A stretch of DNA of 64,000 nucleotides, taken from assembly GCA_934131695.1 (NCBI GenBank), contig CAKOZV010000001.1, positions 10,060 to 74,059 on the forward strand. The letters run 5' to 3'. Both the position numbers and the translations under genes were made by a program. Below are positions 58,433 through 64,000 of the stretch, piece by piece (position 1 is the stretch's first letter; each line of letters opens with the position of its first letter). Origin of the DNA: an uncultured Bacilli bacterium (GTDB lineage Bacteria; Bacillota_I; Bacilli_A; RF39; UBA660). The notes under the pieces are model-generated. The model made no database searches, had not been told where the DNA came from, and saw only the letters and a program-made list of their open reading frames with translations.

Positions 58433-58697
58433 AATATCAAGCCTCCTTCCTATAAGAAGTCGGCAAGTACTCGAACAGTTAGTATTCCCTGTGCTTAATT
58501 ATACTATTTGCGTTCTGTAAAAACAATTTAACTATTAATTTTTTAGTAAAATCCGTAGTAATTTGAGTTAGTATTTAATTGTAAAATAACAAAAATGCTA
58601 ACTATTTTTTTTAATAAAATTATGCTATACTCAATATATCATTTGTGATTATCTAGAAAAGTATATCATAATATGATAAAAGAAAGGTTGGTTATTA

Positions 58698-59585
58698 ATG
58701 ATAATTGATGTTATAAGAGGTTTTTTTATGGCACTAGCTGATAGTGTGCCAGGAGTAAGTGGTGGAACAATAGCATTTTTAATGGGATTTTTTGATAAAT
58801 TTATTAATTCATTAAATTATTTAATGAAAGGAACAAAAGAGGAAAGAATTAAATCAATAAAATTCTTAGCAAAACTATTCTTAGGATGGATTATTGGAAT
58901 GGGCTTAGCTGTCACTATCTTAGCTAACTTATTTGATAAAGAAATATATAAGATGAGTTCCTTATTCTTAGGGTTTATAATAGCAGCAATTCCCGTTATG
59001 ATTATTGAAGAAAAAGAGACAGTTAAAGGAAAATATATAAATATAATATGGGCTATTGTAGGAGCTTTAGCAGTTATACTACTATCATCATTAAAGATGG
59101 GAAGTAATCTAGACCTAACTCACTTAAATATAGGAATGCTTATCTATATCTTTATTGCTGGAATGCTTGCTATCTCTGCTATGGTTTTACCAGGAATATC
59201 AGGATCTACTATACTTTTATCATTTGGACTATATATACCAGTGATAAGCGGTGTTAAAGATTTTATTCATTTTGACTTTAGTAGTTTTCCCCTTTTATTA
59301 GCACTAGGACTTGGAATCTTGTTTGGAGTAGCTACAGTACTAAGAATAATTAAAAAACTATTAGATAAACATCGTTCTGCCATGGTATATGCTATTATTG
59401 GAATGATGTTAGGTTCATTATATGCTATAGTAATAGGACCAACAACGCTAAAAGTACCACAAGCTGCAATGACTATTAAAACATTTAGTATTTTATTCTT
59501 TATTATAGGAGCAGTAATAGTAGTTGCTTTTCAACAACTTAAAAATCTTCCATTTTATAAAAAACAAATAGCTGAAGATGAATAA
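58698..59585 (+). CDS. DUF368-family membrane protein (polyprenyl-phosphate transporter family)
   Basis: Duplicated signature motifs ADSVPGVSGGTIAF and VLPGISGSTILL. 295 aa and polytopic. Confidence 0.8.
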   Translation: MIIDVIRGFFMALADSVPGVSGGTIAFLMGFFDKFINSLNYLMKGTKEERIKSIKFLAKLFLGWIIGMGLAVTILANLFDKEIYKMSSLFLGFIIAAIPVMIIEEKETVKGKYINIIWAIVGALAVILLSSLKMGSNLDLTHLNIGMLIYIFIAGMLAISAMVLPGISGSTILLSFGLYIPVISGVKDFIHFDFSSFPLLLALGLGILFGVATVLRIIKKLLDKHRSAMVYAIIGMMLGSLYAIVIGPTTLKVPQAAMTIKTFSILFFIIGAVIVVAFQQLKNLPFYKKQIAEDE

Positions 59586-60878
59586 TTAAATCTTTTCTAT
59601 AACAAAAGAGTAATAATAAATAGAAGAAGAATTAGTATGAATAGAAGATATTGATTCTTTTTCTTTATGATAAAAAGGATAAATGGTAACAACTCTATAT
59701 TTAGAATCAAGTGCCATTCTTATAATATCATTTCTAGTGAAATTATTTTGTTTATTAAAATTTTCATAATACCAATTATCACTTAGTAATAAATTAATAT
59801 TCTTAAGATAACTAATATTTTTAAACTCACCAATTATTCTACCTTTATCCTTTAGATATGGTCTTAGACTATTAAGAAATAAAATAGGACTATCAACCTT
59901 TTCTAGATAATTACCAATAAAAATAGTATCAAAAGTGTTACCATTTAATTCATTTAAACAACTTACTGTTTTAAAAAACATATTACTAAACTTTCTCTTA
60001 TCAGCGTCTTCTTCAAGTGAAATGATATTACTGTTTCTAAAGAAGTACTTAATTCTTAAAGATGATACTCCAATAGATGAATTATAATCTAGAATATCTT
60101 TGGGTTTATTAGCAAGGAAAATAGATGAGTTTTTACTATTATCAAATTCAAAACAGGAAAAATGCCATTTATCTTCAAAAATAGCTCTGTTCCTTAATAT
60201 AAGAGAATTAAACTTATTAATATCTTCCCTAAAACTAGTACCTCTTTCATGATAGACGAAAGAATCATGACATAAAAATAACTTGTAAGAAGAAGATAGT
60301 ATTTGTAAAGCTAAATCATTATCCTCAATATAACCAGGACTGTATCTTTCATCTAACATCTTAATCTTATCAATAACTTCTCTTTTAATAAGTAGACAAA
60401 AACCAGTAAGAAAAACTTTTTCTTCCCATCTATTACTATCACTGATATTATTTTTTATAGCCTTCATCTGCATATCTATAAAGCGTTTAAAGGTAAAACT
60501 ACCGCCTTGTAGATTATCATTACAATTAGAAACAGGACCAACAGCTCCAATGTTAGACTTAGAATATAAACACTTTCTTAAATTAGTCAACCAGTTAGTA
60601 GTTACAATAGTATCATTATTAAGAAGAAGAATATCATAATTTTTATTAGCCTCACTAATACCTTGGTTACACCCACTTGGAAACCCTCTATTCTCCTTAT
60701 TATAAATTACAGTAATGTCAGACTGAGTTTTTAACCAGTTAATAGTACCATCATTAGAATTATTATCTACTACAATAATTTCATAAACCTCATCCTTAGT
60801 ATACTTTTTAATACTCTCAATACACTTCTTAGTTTTCTCTAAATGATTATAAGTAAGAATAATAATACTAGTACCCAT
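59586..60878 (-). CDS. Family 2 glycosyltransferase with an extra C-terminal domain
   Basis: This is the only clear minus-strand gene of normal length. N-terminus SIIILTYNHLEKTKKCIESI..VVDNNSNDGT..LLLNNDT and an acidic YIEDNDL motif. The C-terminal roughly 180 aa (FDTIFIGNYLEKV) may be methyltransferase-like. Confidence 0.75.
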   Translation of the reverse strand: MGTSIIILTYNHLEKTKKCIESIKKYTKDEVYEIIVVDNNSNDGTINWLKTQSDITVIYNKENRGFPSGCNQGISEANKNYDILLLNNDTIVTTNWLTNLRKCLYSKSNIGAVGPVSNCNDNLQGGSFTFKRFIDMQMKAIKNNISDSNRWEEKVFLTGFCLLIKREVIDKIKMLDERYSPGYIEDNDLALQILSSSYKLFLCHDSFVYHERGTSFREDINKFNSLILRNRAIFEDKWHFSCFEFDNSKNSSIFLANKPKDILDYNSSIGVSSLRIKYFFRNSNIISLEEDADKRKFSNMFFKTVSCLNELNGNTFDTIFIGNYLEKVDSPILFLNSLRPYLKDKGRIIGEFKNISYLKNINLLLSDNWYYENFNKQNNFTRNDIIRMALDSKYRVVTIYPFYHKEKESISSIHTNSSSIYYYSFVIEKI

Positions 60879-60949
60879 TATGTCACCTCATTAAAGAATA
60901 TGATTTAAAATAACTATTAATAAATTTAATTAGTCGACATCTATTTACA

Positions 60950-62830
60950 ATGAAAGTAAAGAAAACTATTCTTTTTTTCCTTAAATATTATATAATTGGT
61001 ATAGGAATGAGGAGAGTTATGAGAAATAAGATTAAATATTTTTTCTTAAGTATATTAACAGTTATAGCAATTTCTATTAATAAGAAAATGATTTATGAAA
61101 AACTATTACCAAATCTAAACATTTTAAAGCTAAGTTTTATTGTGATGGCTATTCTTGCTATAGCTCTATATTTATTTTATAAACGATATAATAAAAGAAT
61201 TCATCCAATGAAGCATGTTTTAGCCCTTGTATTTTCTTTATGTTATGTAATAGGTAATAGCTATCAAGAAATATCTTCTTGGGATTTAGTCTTTTCAAGT
61301 GTTCCATTATTCTTGATAAGTATAATACAAGTATTTTGTTATTATTACTTAATAAAGACTATATTCTGTTTTATAGATACATTTTTAGAAAAAAAAGTAA
61401 CTTTTAAATTTAATACAAAGAATAAAATTATTAAACTTTTTAAAGAGCATCCATTCCTATTTTCATTAATAGTTATATTACTATTTTGGTTGATTTATAT
61501 GATAGCATTTTATCCATTAATACTATCAAAAGATCCAAGTTTTCAAATAAAACAGTTTTTTAATGTAAAAACTAAATATATAGATTATGTTATTCCCTTA
61601 TCAGATAAAGTTAATCTTACTAATCATCATCCAGTTTTTCATACTATGCTTTTAGGTGGTTCTATTAAACTAGGAAGATTGTTAGGTAGTGATAATTTAG
61701 GATTATTTATTTATGCTATTATGCAAAGTATTACTCTTGCTAGTAGTTTAGCTTATACTATCTCTTATCTTTATAAGAAAAAGAAATCATTAATATTATC
61801 ATTTGTCTTACTTATGATTTATTCATTAGTACCAATGTTTCCTTTCTATGCGATGAGTGCAGTTAAAGATACCTTATATACTGCCATAATTATCTTCTTT
61901 GTTATAACATTGTTTACTATAATAGATAATAACAAAGAGATAAAAATGTCTAAGTATGTAGTATTACTACTATTAAGTATCTTATTATATCTATTAAGAA
62001 ATAATGGAATATATGTAGCAGTTGGTACTATTTTAGTACTAGCTATTTATAGAAGAAAAGAATTTATCTATTTAATAGCTATTTTACTATTCGTGATAGG
62101 TACTTATATTTCTTACGATAAAATACTTTTACCAGCTTTAAAGATACCAGCAGGTAGTATAAGAGAAACATTATCAGTACCATTTCAACAAACAGCTAGA
62201 TATGTGAAAGAGCATGGTGATGAGATACCTTTAAAAGATAGAAAGAAGATAGATAAACTATTAGAATATGATACATTAAAAGATAGATATAATCCTAATC
62301 TAGCAGACCCAGTTAAAAATAAGTATAATAAATATACAACAAAGAAAGAGTTAAAAGACTACTTTAAAGTTTGGTGGAAAGAATTTTTAATTCATCCAAC
62401 TACTTATATAGAAGCGACACTAAATAATACTTATGGTTATTTTTATCCAGATACAGCTAATTGGTATATATATAGTGGTATTCATTATAATAAGCTTATT
62501 ACAGAAGATAACTTAGTTAACTATCACTATAATAATCTATCATTTCTAAGAATGATACTTTCAGGTTATGGAATTATCTTCCCTTACATACCTTTAATAG
62601 GATTAATATCTAATATAGGATTTTCTGCTATGGGATTAATTACCTTAATAGTTTATTTATTAACATCAAAGTATAAAAAGTATGTAATTGCTATGTTACC
62701 AAGCCTATTATCATTAGCAATATGTTTTATCTCACCAGCCAATACCTATTTCCGTTATAGTATGCCATTTACTTTCCTAATGCCATTTTATGTAAGCTAT
62801 ATTTATTTACTATTAGTTAAAGATAATTAA
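60950..62830 (+). CDS. Large polytopic membrane protein, possibly a glycosyltransferase or polymerase
   Basis: About 600 aa with more than 12 TM helices. Divergent from the GT2 gene. The true start is perhaps ATG 61008 or 61020. Confidence 0.45.
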   Translation: MKVKKTILFFLKYYIIGIGMRRVMRNKIKYFFLSILTVIAISINKKMIYEKLLPNLNILKLSFIVMAILAIALYLFYKRYNKRIHPMKHVLALVFSLCYVIGNSYQEISSWDLVFSSVPLFLISIIQVFCYYYLIKTIFCFIDTFLEKKVTFKFNTKNKIIKLFKEHPFLFSLIVILLFWLIYMIAFYPLILSKDPSFQIKQFFNVKTKYIDYVIPLSDKVNLTNHHPVFHTMLLGGSIKLGRLLGSDNLGLFIYAIMQSITLASSLAYTISYLYKKKKSLILSFVLLMIYSLVPMFPFYAMSAVKDTLYTAIIIFFVITLFTIIDNNKEIKMSKYVVLLLLSILLYLLRNNGIYVAVGTILVLAIYRRKEFIYLIAILLFVIGTYISYDKILLPALKIPAGSIRETLSVPFQQTARYVKEHGDEIPLKDRKKIDKLLEYDTLKDRYNPNLADPVKNKYNKYTTKKELKDYFKVWWKEFLIHPTTYIEATLNNTYGYFYPDTANWYIYSGIHYNKLITEDNLVNYHYNNLSFLRMILSGYGIIFPYIPLIGLISNIGFSAMGLITLIVYLLTSKYKKYVIAMLPSLLSLAICFISPANTYFRYSMPFTFLMPFYVSYIYLLLVKDN

Positions 62831-62884
62831 ATTCTTGAAAAACAAGCTTGTTAATGTTATTATAAAAATAAGAATAGAGGGTGA

Positions 62885-63397
62885 ATGATGGAAAACGTTA
62901 TACATTTTTTTAGGGACACACTTAGTGGACCTAGTTATATAATTTATGTAATAGTATTAGTTATTTTAATCTTTGCATGTATTGGTTATATAGCAGAAAA
63001 TAAACTTAAAGAGAAAAAACAGAAAGATAAATATGCTGAAGTAGCAAAACCAGGAGAAGTTGTTAAATCTTTAGAAGAAACAGCACCTATTCCTGTTGTT
63101 AATAATCCAGTTGAAGAAGTAAATTTAAATCAGGCAGTAACACCAAATAGTAATCAACAAATTAAAGTAGCACCAGTTAATGAAAATGTGGTAAATAGTG
63201 TACCTTTACAACCAGTAGCTATACCACCACAACAAATACAACCAGTTATGGAACCACAAGTAGAAGTACAACCAGTAGGGATTAATCCTGTTTCACCAGT
63301 AGTCGAAGCACCAGTTCAATCAGTTAATCCAATCCCGCAAGTTGTTCAAGAGTCTACCCAAACAGTTAATCCCGTTCCAGAACAAAAAACTAATTGA
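62885..63397 (+). CDS. Membrane-anchored Pro/Val/Gln-rich low-complexity protein
   Basis: One N-terminal TM helix followed by a P/V/Q-rich tail (..VAIPPQQIQPVMEPQVEVQPVGINPVSPVVEAPVQSVNPIPQVV..). Confidence 0.45.
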   Translation: MMENVIHFFRDTLSGPSYIIYVIVLVILIFACIGYIAENKLKEKKQKDKYAEVAKPGEVVKSLEETAPIPVVNNPVEEVNLNQAVTPNSNQQIKVAPVNENVVNSVPLQPVAIPPQQIQPVMEPQVEVQPVGINPVSPVVEAPVQSVNPIPQVVQESTQTVNPVPEQKTN

Positions 63398-63448
63398 TTA
63401 CAAAATAATTAAAATATAGTATACTAATAAGAGGTAAGGAGGAATGTT

Positions 63449-64000
63449 ATGGTTATTACAGCAACAACAGTAATTACAATTATTAAGAAAATTATTGATA
63501 TATCGATAGTTTGGTTAATGGTTTATATATTATTAAAAAGTATTAGAAATAATGTAAAATTGACGCTTCTATTTAAGGGTGTCATTATTATCGTATTTTT
63601 GAAAGTAATAAGTGATAAGTGTGGTTTTACCACCGTAGGAGTTTTACTTGAGTATATTATCATGTATGGACCACTTGCACTTATCGTTATTTTCCAACCA
63701 GAAATACGTAATATATTAGAGCAGTTAGGAAGAAATCAATTACTTGGTAGACATAAGGTTTTAACTGTAGATGAAAGAGAACACTTAGTTTATGAAATTA
63801 TTCAAGCCCTAGATTACTTAAGAAAGAATCGTATTGGAGCTTTAATGGTAATAGAGAGAGATGTAAGTCTAGGAAACTATATAGATAAGGCTAAAAAAGT
63901 ATATGCTGATTTAACAAGTGATTTACTAGGAGCTATCTTCTATGAAGGAAATCCATTACATGATGGTGGAGTTATTATTCAAGGAGATCGTATAACTTGT
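63449..64000 (+). CDS. cdaA: Diadenylate cyclase CdaA (partial; 3' end outside window)
   Basis: Three N-terminal TM helices, then a DAC domain (..RIGALMVIERDVSLGNYI...GNPLHDGGVIIQGDRI). AAGGAGG RBS. Confidence 0.85.
   Translation, partial: MVITATTVITIIKKIIDISIVWLMVYILLKSIRNNVKLTLLFKGVIIIVFLKVISDKCGFTTVGVLLEYIIMYGPLALIVIFQPEIRNILEQLGRNQLLGRHKVLTVDEREHLVYEIIQALDYLRKNRIGALMVIERDVSLGNYIDKAKKVYADLTSDLLGAIFYEGNPLHDGGVIIQGDRITC

Noticed and set aside
58455-58466. An 8-nt match (agtcggca) to the 3' end of tRNA-Thr (54449-54456), considered as a possible att-site duplicate marking a tRNA-linked islet from 54.46 to 58.46 kb.
   Set aside because: An 8-mer match is expected by chance about twice in 64 kb on two strands. 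The similarity does not extend further, and no integrase is present.
1-64000. Search for CRISPR arrays, rRNA genes, IS elements/transposases, integrases and prophage structural modules.
   Set aside because: I found no regularly spaced direct repeats of 25-40 bp, no rRNA-like sequence and no DDE or tyrosine/serine recombinase motifs in any long ORF. The only phage-flavoured items are the truncated KilA-N gene and the collagen-like fibre gene.

Overview
Very AT-rich (roughly 27-30% GC by eye) chromosomal window from a low-GC Gram-positive bacterium (Bacillota). It uses the standard code, since TGA acts as a stop in the prfB recoding site, and CotF-like and BclA-like genes suggest a spore former. 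Almost everything is transcribed on the + strand. The housekeeping backbone is clpC, secA, prfB (programmed +1 frameshift visible), ftsE-ftsX-M23 hydrolase, an envelope-glycan cluster, comEB, uvrB, rnr, smpB, ssrA (tmRNA), tRNA-Thr(CGU), a DUF368 transporter and cdaA (partial). An accessory island of about 22 kb (about 5.3-27.5 kb) sits between secA and prfB, which are neighbours in model Firmicutes. The island holds several GNAT acetyltransferases, an ASCH gene, an ABC exporter, a truncated KilA-N gene and a HAD+NUDIX module flanked by direct repeats. It also holds a collagen-like/beta-helix surface-protein cassette bracketed by near-identical 134-bp inverted repeats. The standout is a four-gene SMC-like operon (17.2-25.1 kb) that I read as a Wadjet (JetABCD) anti-plasmid defence system, with a tightly appended GNAT gene and two unknown genes downstream. 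Two degenerate copies of the secA 3' end plus its terminator lie inside the island, which suggests stepwise insertion at that site. The 58.15-58.70 kb gap, which is empty in the ORF track, contains what looks like a type I toxin-antitoxin locus: a 29-aa hydrophobic peptide with a convergent antisense RNA. No rRNA, CRISPR array, transposase or integrase was seen. All family assignments come from motif recognition by eye, not from searches.
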